A stretch of DNA of 64,000 nucleotides from the human T2T-CHM13v2.0 reference genome, Homo sapiens (GCF_009914755.1 NC_060932.1), one strand, 5' to 3'. Counted from the stretch's first letter, positions 30,037 through 50,050 are shown. Numbers and translations are program-made. Notes: generated by a model from the letters alone, not told the origin.

Positions 30037-30892
30037 CTACAAGTCACTAAAGCACTAGCTATAGAAGGCACATGATCAGATTTCTCAAATATAACATGTG
30101 TGGTTACCCTATAATCCAAGTGTTCAGTTCTTAGATGGGGACAGAAGAATCCTTATTCCCACTTACATACCTCAACTCACCCAGTTCTTCATGTTAGGGC
30201 CTAAGACTTGCTGCACTCCACTTCTAGTTACCAATATTTATCTTATGATTGCAAGTAAACCAAACAGTTAGGTCTCACATAACTGAGAAGTTTGGGAGAC
30301 CTGACTTCAGATATAGATGGATGCAAGGGTTCAAACTGAATAGAGACAGATGCCAGCTTTCTACTTTTCAGCAATCCTTTTTCTGCTTTGGCTTAATTCT
30401 CAGGTGAGCTTGCTCTGCTTGACAACAAAAGTGCTCTTAGAAGCTCATAATTTCAGATACCAAAAGAGATCCATATCAATCTCTTCATAAATTGCTAACT
30501 GGCCCTCCTTGGAGGTGGGGGTGGGGATTATTTTTACTCCTTGTTCAATTTCCAGGTCCAAAGGAATAGGGTGGTCAGCCTGGGTTACAGGCCCATTCCT
30601 GTGGCAGGAATCAGGGGGTCAAATGATTGCTATACACACTAGGTATGGCATGAGAGGTTACTGAAAGGAAAATATGCCTGCAAAACAGAAAAGAAACAAC
30701 TGTTCAACACTTTCTGTATCTATTATTCAATCTCATAATTTTCATTTTTATCTCTTTATCACTTTTATGGGTTTCCTATGAAATGTTTCTCAAATTTGCC
30801 CTATACATCATTTATTCGGTTTTCTGCAAGGTGAAGTCTATAATTCACCTTCCGCACTTTGGTTTCTGTGTAGATTTAAAAAAATGATTTAC

Positions 30893-31072
30893 GTATTTAT
30901 TATTTATTTAATTAATTTTTTTAGAGATGGAGTCTATGTTGCTCAGGCTGTAGTGCAATGGCTATTCACAGGGACAATCATAGCACACTACAGCTTTGAA
31001 CTCCTGGACTCAAGCAATCCTCCCTCCTCAGCTTCCTAAGTAGCTGGGACTACAGTCAACATGCCACTACAC
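30893..31072 (-). mobile_element. FAM (fossil Alu monomer)
   Basis: Antisense gtgcaatggctattcacagg, the 7SL-type segment. Confidence 0.75.
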
Positions 31073-32418
31073 TTGTATTTAAATGTTTACTGTGAGTCTC
31101 CTCTGCTCTGGGTATTGGGCTGGGACAAGGACCCTGTCTTCAGAGAGATTACTGTCTAATGGAGGAGGAAGCCAAGAAGCAGAAAATTACAATAAGATGA
31201 TATGATTAAGGTAAGCTCATGGGGCTTACAAGCGCACAGCACAGACATCCAACCCAGCTTGGGGGTAGTCAGAGGTTTCCTAAAGGAGGTGACATCTTTC
31301 AAGAATGAGTATTGATTACACAGGGAATGAGGGCCAAAGAAGGAAGGGAATTTCGGGTGTTGGAGCAGTATGTACGAAGGCATGAAGATGTAAAAGGGCC
31401 TGTCATGAAAGAGGAACACCAGTGATTTCAGTGTGACTGCGACGTGCAGTGCGTGGTGGGCAGCAAGAATGAGGCTGGTGAGGAGCACAGGGGCCGGGTC
31501 ATCAACCACACCTGTGTGCCTGGGGGTTCAGAGTTTAACCTGGGGCAGTGGAAGGGTTTAAACAGGAGAGTGTCATGATCAGAGCCGCATTTTAGAAAGG
31601 CAGCTCCAGGGCCCTTCAGAATCAAGAAGATTGTCCAAGAGATTACTGCAGCCACAATGGTGAGAGAGGGTGAGGAACTCAATTATGAAAGTGTGGCAGG
31701 TGTGTAACCTTCACATGCCCAGCTCCTTCTTGTGATTAAGTCAGAAGCTCACCTGGCATCTCCTAGGAGATTTTCTCTGCTCTCCTAGAAAGTGATCTTC
31801 ATATAGCTAAAACCTCCTCACCTTTAAGCATCTGAGCTCAATGCTCACATTGAGATGTCACATCTCAAAGAGGCCTTCACCATTCTAGGGAAGCAACACC
31901 CCCAACCATCAGCACTGACTTAAGTATAATTTCCATGAGGACAGGGAGTCATCTATCTTACTGTTCTCTGTACTCCAGAGCCCAAACAGAGTAGGAGCTT
32001 AAGAGCATGTGTTTAGTGGGTGAATGTCGAATGAACTGAAGCCATTCTCATCTTCAGGCAATGTGCGGAAGTTCCTCGAGCCCACGCTAGTATAGAGAAA
32101 GGCTCTTGTGGCAAGGTCATGGTTGAAAAGACAGAGGTTGCAGAGTCAGAGGGGCCTTCAGATATGACCATTCTCTGAGCATCTTATCTTGCCTTCTGTG
32201 TTACTACAGCTCTACTGGCCTGAAGTGTGTTCCTTAATGTAATCAACAATTAGCTCTAAGGAGTATGAAACTGCATTTTTGTCAAAAACTATCTTCCTCA
32301 ACTACACGGAAAAATCCATTTTTAGAGTGAAGAAACATGAGGTTAAAAAAAGAAGAAGAGAAGGAGAAGACAGAGAAGGATGAGGAAAGGAGGGTGAGGA
32401 GGAATAGAAAAAGGAGGG

Positions 32419-33172
<754 letters not shown>

Positions 33173-34464
33173 TGGAGCTAAGCTAATTTACACTGGCTTT
33201 GGGGACTTTCAAGTAAAAACACCCTGACCCAGTTAATAATAAATCAAATAATCAATCTATCCCTATACCTATCTACTAATATGTTCTTCAAGGACATAGT
33301 TGACAATTCACTCTTCTGATTTAATTTCCTTTATCTTTTCTACTCTCATCTTTTCCTTGAGATTTAAAAAAAAGCCAGAGGGTGGAAAAAACTTTGCAGG
33401 GGCAATTCTCACAGTTTATTTTTGTGTTTCTCTCAAATCTCCTTACATGTTTATGTAAGATACTACTGTGGGTCTCATGTTATCCACAGAATCTTAAAAG
33501 GGATTATTAGCATAGCTGTGGCTTTCTCCCTTTAAAATAAACCCCATGTTACTTGGAATTTGTATTCCTCAAGGGACCATTTTTTCCAGATACACATCAT
33601 ACTAAATACTTTAATCAAATGTGTAATCAAAAATATTTTCCATTTTACTTCTTTTATTCATTTAATGGATTTATGTTACCCATTCTTTTTGGAAGATAAT
33701 TAACTTGGAATAAAGGCTCAGCTTTTATATTCCAAAATATGAAAAAAAATTTCTTCTTTCTGGGACATATAAAATGTCAATCTAATTGTGCATTGTTTGG
33801 TATAGTCATGTATAGTTCTAAGGAATATGAAATTATATATATATTAATATTAAATTAATTTTTCCTAGGGTATCACTCTCACGCTTAAAAGAATTTGGTA
33901 TAGGGTATGACTTGAGCAGGTTGTATAGATCTTTTTAGGGCTCTCACATTATTTCAATTATCACTAATTGAAATACCTAATTATTTCATTACCTAATATT
34001 GTCAGATAGGTCCCACATATCTGTATCTTTGAGTCCCATGGCACCAAGCTCAGGAGTGGTTCCTGCCTTCAACACAGTTCAGAAAAGGTCTTGGATTGAG
34101 GCAGAAGTTGGTTCAGTACCAGGGAGTGAGCTCTGTTCTTACTGCTGGTCTCTGGTCTGTCTGCCTAAGCCTTGGTCTGTGTTTTCTTCTATTGCTGTTT
34201 TCCTTCCCCTGCTTTGCACACCTCCTCGTTCTTACTTTCCCTCTGGGTCTAGTTTCCCACTGGCTCTATTTTATGGCTGGTCCTGACTTCTCTGCTAATG
34301 CACATTCTGGCTTCTATTGCTCCATGGGTTGCTGACCCCTGACTGCTTTTTAATCCATCCAGGTCTTGCATCTAGCCACACTCATTTGTGCTCCACAATG
34401 CTAGTGCTGATTCATCACATCTGTCAACACTTAGAGATAATGAAGTGGGGAAGCTCAGACAGAA

Positions 34465-37982
<3,518 letters not shown>

Positions 37983-38839
37983 AAACAAACAATAACCAAA
38001 TCCACCCAAGGGTTGTATTTGATGACTTTTCAGAACATTAAAAAGCTTTGAACATCTAGTGCAGATTCCTGAAAGTTTAGCTTCATGGATCTGTTTATTT
38101 TGCAATTAATGAAGGTTAAAGGAGCATTCTCCAGCCTCTCGAAAACTGTTACTTGGGAGCTTAGAATTTCTAGTTATGAATCTATGCACAAGAACAGCAC
38201 CTGTCATGTCTTTCAAAGGAAAATGTATTTGCCTTATTAACAAATCAAGAGTACTAAGTTTCTATCAAAAGAGCAGAATAAAAAAAAGATTAAATGGCTT
38301 ATTTGCTCATTGTTTAGAGAAGTATGCTAGTGAATAATAGGTTTAAACTTCTGTAAGAGTTACTAGCATTTCAAGTTCTTAAAAAAGGAATAATGCATTA
38401 AAGTCCATTTAAAACTTCTAAAAGTGACATCAATGACCATAAAATAGAAGCTGAATGAGTATTTCAAGTTAAAATTATTTACTAGACCAACTACTGGCTA
38501 TAAGCAATTAAACTAAATACAGAATTATTGAGATGGGGATAAGAAGAAAATAAAAATGTAAATCATTTTATTACAGGATTAAAAAAAGCTGATGAAAGAG
38601 CTGTAACAATATTTTGATAGGAGGAGAATAACAGAATCAGTTAGAAGCAAAACTGGAGAAAGGAGAAAAGGAAAAGAAAAGCCTGTGTGAAATATTTAAC
38701 TGGGTGTTGAAAAATATGATAATTTTGATAGGCTCACTTTTTAAAACTAATTTTCTCACATGTTTACCAATGGCTGGATGTGCAAATGGACAACAATTTT
38801 TTATCTTGTAATAAAATGAATTTTAAAAATATAAGGTAG

Positions 38840-39029
38840 GGCCAGGCACAGTGGCTCATGCCTGTAATCCCAGTCCTTGGGAGGCCGAGGTGAGCAGATC
38901 ACTTGAGATCAGGAGTTCGAGACCAGCCTGGCCAACATGACGAAACCCAGTGTCTACTAAAAATACAAAAATTAGCCGGATGTGGTGGCATGCACCTATA
39001 GTCCCAGCTACAGTATATACATACATACG

Positions 39030-39117
<88 letters not shown>

Positions 39118-39215
39118 GAGTATATAGTATATATACATAACTCCTGACCTCGTGATCCACCTACCTTGGCCTCCCAAAGTGCTAGGATTACAGGCGTGAG
39201 TCACCACATCCATCC
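38840..39215. mobile_element. Two truncated inverted Alu pieces joined by (TA)n(GA)n
   Basis: Sense Alu at 38840-39011, microsatellite at 39012-39139, antisense Alu 5' end at 39140-39215. Confidence 0.88.
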
Positions 39216-39360
39216 GGTAATTTTTTTTTAAACTCTCTCTTGTACCTGTATCTTATGTTTAACCGAAAAAGGTTGAAAATTGAGTTGCTAGACTTAATCA
39301 TTATTTTCCCTGGCTGAAGGGATAGTGGGAGGGGTCAAGCCTCTAAAAGGGAGATATCTG

Positions 39361-40330
<970 letters not shown>

Positions 40331-40789
40331 ACTGACATTGTTGATTTTCCTATCCATGAACAACATAGCTCTTATGACTCCTCTCAGCACATTTGGCTCC
40401 GAGACCCAGAAGCATGAATAGAAGGAGCTGGCCACCCAGGGCATGCTTTTCTACCCTGTGCAATCATATCACACAGCATGACCATGCTTATGTATAAGGA
40501 CAGAATGTGTGTTGGCCACATCACTGGTAAGAACCCAGACAGCATTTCTTGGGCTCTGATAGTCACCAGAAAATGGAAGGACGTTTATTGAGAAGTTACA
40601 ACGTGAAAGGCACTCTGCTGGGTTTAGGAAGGATATGTAGATAAATTAGACAGTGTGCTTACCTACTTGAGCTCCAAGCCTACTCAGAGAAATAAAACTA
40701 TTGCAATATGGAGGAGTTGGTAATTATGCTGAGAGGTGTGGTTGTGGGTGTTCAGAGGAAAGCGAAACCAAATTCTGTCATTTATTCAT

Positions 40790-41230
40790 GTTAGTTCAAC
40801 TAACATGTATTGAGTACCACTATTCATTCATGTATTAATCAATATTTATTTACTACTATGTGCGAGCCACTTTTCTAGGTGCTGGGATGTAGCGGTGAAA
40901 AAGACAAGGTCCCTGTTCTCATGAAGTTAAGACAGATTATTTTTAAAGGATCAAAATAGATGTGATAACATGAAATAGATAAGTGCTATGAAGAAAACAA
41001 AACAAATGGATGTGATGGAGTGGCTGGAGGTTGGTGGTTCCTTTATATGGAATCAGAACAAGTCTCCCAGAGAGGTGACGTCTGATACCTGTTGATTAGA
41101 AGGAGCCTGCTGTGGGAAGACGCCCAAGAAGAGCTTTCTAGGCAGAGGGAACAGCAAGTGTGAAGGCCCTAAGGTGGGAAGGAGCTTGGTGTGCTTGAAA
41201 ATCAGAAGAAAGACCAGTTATAGCTCAGCA
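40790..41230 (-). mobile_element. L2 fragment
   Basis: ttctaggtgctgggatgtagcggtgaaaaagacaaggtccctg and ggcagagggaacagcaagtgtgaaggccctaaggtggg. Confidence 0.75.
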
Positions 41231-41521
41231 AGCCTGGAGAAGCCAGACAGACAAGGCTGGAAGAAGACCTTGTTCTTCCTTTTGTGGATCCCTCAACCCT
41301 CATAGCCCAACAGAAAAAAAGAACATGTCAGTAAGTACATGATAACGCGCAGATTGCACAGATTTACAAAGGAGATCAATTTTTTTTAAATGTGAAACAG
41401 GAGTGAAAGATCATAGGTTATGAATTATATTTTCAGAAAGAACTAGGAGCATAATGCTGAGGAAGAGGGACTATGGACACTATGGACCAGCATACGACAA
41501 ACACACAAAAATCTGGACACG

Positions 41522-41820
<299 letters not shown>

Positions 41821-42048
41821 AAAAATCTGGACACTAGGCTAAGAATAAGCTGTACCGTGGGAGCAGAAGCAGCTGCAGAAGTGGGCAAAGAGGGTACTGT
41901 CCAGGGCTGGGACAGGGGCTGCAAGGCTAAGCTCCTTACACTACAGGGTTTGAATGATCCCTAAAAGGTCAATCAAATCCATCTTCTTTTCCACCAGAAA
42001 CCTCTCAGGACTCACTCTGGGGAGGTGAAACACTTTACATGTCATTAA

Positions 42049-42564
<516 letters not shown>

Positions 42565-44074
42565 TAAGGAGGCAGCATTCACAGCCTTGTGAACCAGGTA
42601 CACTGTTCATGGACTTGCCTCATTGTGGAACCTAGAGAAAATTTATTATTTGAAGTCCCAGTTTCCTCATCTGAAAGAATGTCAGCCTGAGAGATTTGTT
42701 ACAGAGATTTAATTGGATAATTTAAATGAAAGTGCCTGCCAGATTCAGTAAATGTGCAGGGGTCTTTTTTCCCACTCAAACCTGTGGCCCCAATTCACCC
42801 AAATCCTTGAGGCCCACTCTGGGTGGGGAATAGGGAGTCCACAGACCCTAAGGAGAAAGGGCAGAAAGAAGATGAGATCATTAGGAGAAGCTGGTACTAC
42901 TTACGAGGCATTGAATTGAGGAAAGATGTGTGAAAAATGAAATTTATCTTCATTCCAAAAAGGATTCTGAGAAGAGAAACTCTGGAACTTCTGGAGTAAT
43001 GCATTTTCTCCCTTCTTAATGCAGGAAGCTAACACAGACACTGGTTTCAAGGGTGTTAAAATATAATAGGGCTAAAATCATTTATTGCCAAGATTTTGAT
43101 AACAAAATCCAAACATAAGAACTAGCAACCCCACTTGCAAGAATTTAAACCAAGTTAAGCTCAAATCAATGCACAGTATATCCAACACGGGAAAACATTT
43201 TTTACACTGCCTGACCTGGGATTCCAGCAAACAATCTTCAGCTATGTAAATTCATAGGCCCTTTTAATACCATGTTAGTCTAGGTTCACATCAATTGTTT
43301 CTTGCCAGGAAAATGGGTTTTTCATTTGGAGATGGCTCAATGCCAGACCGAACAGGACTTTTTAGAGACATTGGAACTCTCAAATATCACCAGTCACAGT
43401 CAATGCAATTTCAAGCTCATGCGATTTTAGTTCATGCAATCATTTGAAGAACTGAGAAGGCAGAAAGGAGGGCGCTGGTATCAGAGGGATTGCAAAATCT
43501 ATTGAAATGGCATCTACTGAAGAAGGAGTCAGGTGACCTATGTGAGGCTCTTAGTTCTATTAATAAACCAAGGTAGGACTTAATTGGATGAAGTGACAGA
43601 TGTCTAGTATTTTTCATTCTTAAGGTACACACAACAGGTTCAAACCAGCCTAGTAGAGATTCAGGCATTCACTTGGTGGATTGGCCAATTTAGTCTGAGG
43701 CAAGGAGGCACTCCCAAACATACCAGACTCCTTGGAAATATGTTAAGTGGTACTGATGATGGCCAGGGCTGCCAAGGATGTCAAATGTATTTAAAAGTGA
43801 GTGGAGCCCAAGCCTGCTGCCCTCTGGGTGGAGACATGGTCGATTTCAGGAGGATATGGTTCCTTTTTTATGGTGTGAGCAGGAGGTCCCCAGCCAAGGA
43901 TCTTACCTGACACAGACAACATCAAGATAATATGAAGTATGATAGAGATGCAGCTCTTGTCTTTGTGAAAATAGTGAGACTGGTGTTATCATTGATAAGA
44001 GCAGCATTTGCCTTTTTGTTTTATTTTCTTTGTTTAATTTTCTTTTAGGAAGGGCAGTACAACATTGAGCTGAA

Positions 44075-44322
44075 GGCAGACTATCAGCTAGATTCCCTGG
44101 ATTTCAACACTGGCTCTCCCACTGGCTAAATGAATGATATTAGGCAAGTCACTTAACCTTCATGTACCTCAGTTTCCCCATATATAATAGAGATAACAGT
44201 AGCATCTACCTCAAAGATTTACTTTGAGGAATTCATAAACACACACATGCTCACACACACACACACCACACAAACTGTTTAGAGCACGCCTAGCATGTGG
44301 TAATTAATAAAGTTGGTTATTA
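44075..44322 (+). mobile_element. MIR with internal (CA)n
   Basis: ggcaagtcacttaaccttcatgtacctcagtttcccca is the MIR core. Confidence 0.8.
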
Positions 44323-44663
44323 TATTTCTGTGTGGTTGATTAAAAAATAATACATATTTGCTATAAAACAACCAGTATACAAAAAAATTTTAAATGAAAA
44401 CAACCCATTACCATCCATATTCTCACTATCCACAGGCAATGGCAACATTTTGGGAAAGAAGTACAAGGTAGAAACAACCATTTAACTATGTAATATTTAT
44501 TCTTTCCTTCTTCCTTATTAACCACACCTTGATTTTGTTGTGGGTAGCAAACTATATTTTCCAGCCTTCCTTGCAAATAAGATCAGGCATGTGACTAATT
44601 TATGGCAAATGGAAGTTGTTGGGTGGGGCTTCTAGGAAAGCTCCTTAAAAAAAGTCTGAATCA

Positions 44664-44972
44664 GGACGGGCGCGGTGGCTCACGCCTGTAATCCCAGCAC
44701 TTTGGGAGGCCGAGGCAGGCAGATCACGAGGTCAGGAGATGGAGACCATCCTGGCTAACACAGTGAAACCCCGTCTCTACTAAAAATACAAAAAAAAATT
44801 AGCCGGGTGTGGTGGCGGGTGCCTGTAGTCCCAGCTACTCCGGAGGCTGAGGCAGGAGAATGGCATGAATCGGGAGGCGGAGCTTGCAGTGAGCCTAGAT
44901 TGCACCACTGCACTCCAGCCTGGGCGACAGAGCGAGACTCCTTCTCAAAAAAAAAAAAAAAAAAAAAAAAAA
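44664..44972 (+). mobile_element. AluY inserted in an old MLT1 LTR
   Basis: AluY diagnostic positions; TSD aaaaaaagtct(g/c)aatca. Confidence 0.92.
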
Positions 44973-45856
44973 GTCTCAATCAGCTGGATTTTATTCCATT
45001 TTGTCATCAATCTTCCTCCTTCCTACTGTCTAAAACATGGGAGTGATGGCTGAAGTTTCAGCAATCAACTTGTAAACCTGAGTATAAAAAGCACACCATG
45101 GGGATGGTGGAATACAAAACAAGAACGACTAAGTCTCTAAGGACATTATAGAACAGCTGTATGCACCAGGAACTGCTTGCTATCTTCTGGATCTTTCATT
45201 TGGTGAGAGAAAATCTCTTCTTGTTGAAGCCACTAGCTATTGGAAATGTCTGTTTTCATATAACTAAACTAGATTCCTGAGTACTTCCATTGTCTCTACC
45301 TTGTATTAAATCCTCTGTTTCCCAAACCACATGGTTTCCTTTTTCTTGGTTGATTCCCCTGTGTTGGTGTAGCATATCCCAGGTAACTTCATGAGAAATG
45401 TACATCACAGGCAAACTTTTTGAGATTTAAGAGTTTAGGTAAAATACTTGTTTATCTGCTACATCAAAGGTCAGAATAACAGTAGCTTAAATAAGATAGA
45501 AGTTTGTATCTGTCACATAACACTCTGAACATAAGGGCCCAAGGCTAATACGGTAAACTCTGGCCTATTCTATTACTACTTTCATCTTCAACAAGCAGCT
45601 TTTTGTGGTCCATATTGGCTGCTTCCACTCCTTCTATTACAGCTACATTTCAGTCAGAAAGAAAGAAGAGGTAGAAAAAGCAATCTCCTTTCTCTTTAGG
45701 ACATGGGCCAGAACTTGCACATATCACTTCAGCTCTCATCCCACTTTACAGAACCCAGCCACATGGTCACACCTAGATGACAGGAAGGATCAGAAATACA
45801 GTCTTTTGCAGGGCAACCAATAGAAGCCATACAGCATTTATTACTGTAGAAGAAGA

Positions 45857-46397
45857 GGCCAGGCGTGGTGGCTCACACCTGTAATCCCAGTGCTTTAGAA
45901 AGCCAAAGTGGGAGGACCACTTGAGACCAGGAGTTCAGGACCAGACAGGGCAACATAGTAAGACCTGTCTCTACAAAAACTTTCTTAACAATTAGGTGAG
46001 TGTAGCAGACCCAGTTTGAAACCAGGTTAATTTTGCCAGAGCTTGTGTTTCTTCCCCTATACCTCTCAGCCTCCCAACATAAGCAATCCAAAATGGCCAT
46101 ATAGTTTATGCCATATAGTTTACTACTTTTTTTTTTAAAGATAGGGTCTCACTCTGTTGCCTAGGCTGGAGTGCAATGGCATGATATCACTGCAGCCTCA
46201 ACCTCCTGGGCTTAAGCAATCCTCCTGCCTCAGCCTCCCAAGTAGCTAGAACTACAGGTGTTCACCACCACACCCAGCTAATCTTTAAAAATATTTTTAG
46301 AGATGGTGTCTCACTGTGTTGCCCAGGCTGGTCTTTGTCCTCCCACCTTATTCCCCCAAAGCACTAGGATTATAGGCATGAGACACCATGTCCAGCC
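45857..46397. mobile_element. FLAM/Alu left monomer (+, 45857-45980) and AluJ (-, 46124-46397)
   Basis: Alu motifs in opposite orientations. Confidence 0.8.
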
Positions 46398-47368
46398 TAG
46401 TTTGCTATTTTTAAAGCACAGGTCATTTCTCAGGGGTACTCTCTAATAAAGTTATACGACGTGCCTTTAAAATAGCAGTAGGCCAATGCCATTGGCTGTG
46501 GAGTATCATTATGGACATCAAAGTCCATCTAAGTCTATATTACGTTGCAACACAGTGGAGTATCAAAGCCCCGTTAGTGCCCTGCAGTGGTCACTGTGTG
46601 AAATAGCCCACTAGGTTTTCTGCAAGGCCTGTCGCCTGCCCACAGGGCAACACATGGGGCTGCCCCAGACTGTTTCTTCCTCCTGGCCACACAGTCCTGC
46701 AGTCTGGAGTGGGCAGAGGCTCTGCAAGCAACATTCCTGGGATGCAGGACCATGTGCCCCGTTGCTGTATGTTGCTGCCTGCACACTGTGGCTGCTGCTT
46801 TCTTCCCTATCTACACCCTACAGTTTTTAGACCATCATGCTCAGATCTCTCAGGCATGTTGCTGATGGAGCAGAAATTCCAAATTTTGTTAAGTTCTCAA
46901 AGCACCTCCTGTTGAGAGAGTGTGTCTAGTTTTTGAATTCCACCTATTTGGAATCTGCAAACTGAGTGTTCATTTTGCAGGGTCAGTAGTGGCCTTACAT
47001 CATCAACAATAAACATTCGCTGAAAGCCTCTTATGTCTAGGGCTGTGGGCAGCTACCTATGTAGTGTAATTGGATCTCCTCTAGAATCAGGCTCTCACCC
47101 TGTGACTGCTTAATGTAGTCTAGGAGGTTATGAAGCCCTCAACCCAGCTGAATAGAGACATTAATTGACCCATGACTAACCAGCTTTTGATAAGATGCTT
47201 CCCTGTGGCAAGATGTGGGGCTGCTAAATTTCGTTGAGACATAGGTAGTCCAAGGCACAAGCACTCTGGGGTGGTGAGGCATTGCAGTAGGAAGAATACA
47301 AGGTGAGTAGGAACGCTGGAAAGAGTTTATTGAATACGTACCGTGTGTCAGATGTTCTCTATACATTA

Positions 47369-47812
47369 GCTGCTGTAAGTCAGGCTCCCCAGGAAACAGA
47401 TTCTGAAATGGAGGTCTGAATGTAGAGGTTCATTGGGAAGTGATCTCAGCACCAGTGCCTGAGAGGACTGAAGTAAACAGGATTGGGCAGAGGAAAAAGT
47501 GGAAGAATAGCACAGCTGCAATAGAGGTTTCAACCAATCCTCCTACCGGTAGCTGGTCCTTCAGAGGTGTCCTAAGTGGAAGGGAGTGGGCCTTCTTGCC
47601 CTTTCTACACACAATTGATAAGTCATCAGATGCCAGATGCCCCTGGGGAGGGGCAGAATTTTGGACTTAATACCTTCAGCTGAAGGCAACTTCTGGAAGA
47701 GGCTCAGTTGTGAACTGTTAACAGGTAACTCTCTTGACAGGAGGGGAGGGAGGGGAAGAGTGCCTTGATCCTGAAAGGGTGATCTGGGCAGCACACCACG
47801 ACATCCACTACA
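47369..47812 (-). mobile_element. ERVL LTR16-like solo LTR
   Basis: caggctccccaggaaacagattctgaaatggag ... gggcagcacaccacgacatccactaca termini. Confidence 0.6.
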
Positions 47813-47882
47813 TTATATTATTTCATCCACAGGACATCCTATGAAGTTGTCATTATAATTACCATTTTAAAATGGGGAAACT

Positions 47883-48170
47883 GGCCTGGCGCAGTGGTTC
47901 ATGTCTATAATCCTAGCACGTTGGGAGGCTAGGTGGGTAGATTGCTTGAGCCCAGGAGTTGGAGACCAGCCTGGGCAACATGGTGAAACCCTGCCTCTAC
48001 AAAAAATACAAAAATTAGTTGGGCGTGGTGGCGCATGCCTGTAATCCCAGCCATGGCAGGCTGGGGCAAGAGGATCACTTGAGCCTGGGAGGCGGAGGTT
48101 CCAGTGAGCCGAGATCGCGCCCCTGCGTTCCAGCCTGGGTGATAGGAGTGAAACCCTGTCTCGAAAAAAT
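47883..48170 (+). mobile_element. Alu inserted in MIR
   Basis: ggggaaactg duplicated on both sides; MIR continues as aaactgaggctt. Confidence 0.85.
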
Positions 48171-48389
48171 AATTTTTTTAAAAGGGGAAACTGAGGCTTG
48201 GGATGTTTATCTAACTTGTCTAGGCTCACATAGCTGGGTTAGATTGACTAAAACCTCCATATGCTTTCTACTACACTACCCTGCCTCAGAAAGGAAAAAA
48301 TAAGGCAGGGAGGGCATGGAAAAAAAAAAAGCTGGAGACAGCTTCACCCACTGCACAATTTTGTCAGAAATGGATCAGAAGATGCAGAT

Positions 48390-48645
48390 TACAGAGTGGT
48401 TATGAGCACAGTCTCTGGAGCTACCCTAACTGGTTTGTATCTCAGCTTCATTGCTTACCAACCTTCGGCAAGAATTTAACCTCTCCATGCCCCAGTTTTC
48501 TCATTTGTGAAATGGAGATAATAACAGTACATGCCTCACAGGGTTATTACAAAGCTTAAATGAAAGAATAAATGCAGCACATGCCAGGGCCTAGGACAGT
48601 GCCAGGCCTATAATAAGCCCCTGGTAAACTTTAGCTACTATTATA
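48390..48645 (+). mobile_element. MIR
   Basis: aatttaacctctccatgccccagttttctcatttgtgaaatggagataata MIR core. Confidence 0.8.
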
Positions 48646-49724
48646 ACATTCCCATTTATGGTAACTCTTTTGACAGCACAGGAAATACTCTCTTTAGGGG
48701 CTCTGCTGAGACTTGCCTAACATTTCAAAGAATGATGCCTGTCTCTGAGCACCACACACAGCCTCATCACCAGTGAAGGCTCTGGATGTTCCATGGATCT
48801 GAATAATTTTAAAAACCCAGCTTTTAGGTGGTCAGGGTGACTCCTGAAATACGAAAGGGAACAAGTGCCAACCACACCTACACCTCCAATGTATAATCCT
48901 GGAGGCAGAATAAATAAAAGAAAACTTTAAAAAAACAGCTCCTTATTGTCTGCCAAACAAAATACCTTTTACTGAAGTCAACTTTTTAGAAATCTTGGAC
49001 AGTGCATGAGTGGAAGCTATTCAATTCTCAAAGAAGTCTCAGTTGAGTTTTGTAATCCAAATCCCACAGCCGAAGGAGAAAGATCATTAACCTTATTGCT
49101 GCAATTTCACCACCACTTCCCCTGGATAGCAACACTCAGGGAGTTAAACCCTCAGTGCATGTTTCTTAGGTGTGTGGCCCATTTGTTACTGTGTATCCCC
49201 CAGCCCCGCTGGAGCCACTCAGTGGGTTCTGCCACAGCTCAGTTCTGCCACAGCTCAGTTCTGCCTACCATGTAGCCATGTGATAAAAGGACTTGGAAAT
49301 TTAAATCAATCACTCCTTTAAAAAATAATTCTTAAGAAGAAAATCATTTAACCAAGCATAGTGGGTTAAATTGTGGCCTCCAAAAAGATGTATCCATTTG
49401 GAACCTGTGAATGTGAACTTATTTAGAAAAAGGGACCTAGTGCAGTGGCTCATGCCTGTAAATCCCAGCATTTTAGGAGGCCGACGCCGGCGGATGGCTT
49501 GAGCTCAGGAGTTCGAGACCAGCCTGGGCAGCATAGTGAGACCTTGTCTCTACTAAAAATAAAAAATAAAAAAAAATAGCCAGCTGTGGTGGCGCATGCC
49601 TGTGGTCCCAGCTACTCGAGAGGCTGAGGTGGGAGGATAGCTTGAGCCTGGGAGGTCAAGCCTGTAGTGAGCTATGATCATGCCATTGCACTCCAGCTTG
49701 CATGACAGCATGAGACCTTGACTC

Positions 49725-49845
49725 AAAAAAAAGAAAGAAAGAAGAAAGAGAGAGAGAGAGAAAAAGGAAAGAAGGAAGGAAGGAAGGAAGGAAGGAAGGA
49801 AGGAAGGAAGGAAGGAAGGAGAGAAAGAGAAAATAGAAAAGAAAA
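49725..49845. repeat. Polypurine Alu tail containing (GGAA)11
   Basis: Uninterrupted GGAA run at 49774-49820. Confidence 0.95.
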
Positions 49846-50050
49846 GGAGTCTTTGTTGATAGATAAGAATCTCACGCTGGGTCTGGTGGCTCTTGCCCGT
49901 AGTCCCAGCACTTTAGGAGGCTGAGGCTGGTGGATCACTCGAGCCCAGGAGTTCGAGGCCAGCCTGGCCAACATGGTGAAACACAATCTCTACCAAAAAT
50001 GCAAAATTTAGCTGGATGTGATGGCTCACACCTGTAATCTCAGCTATTCA

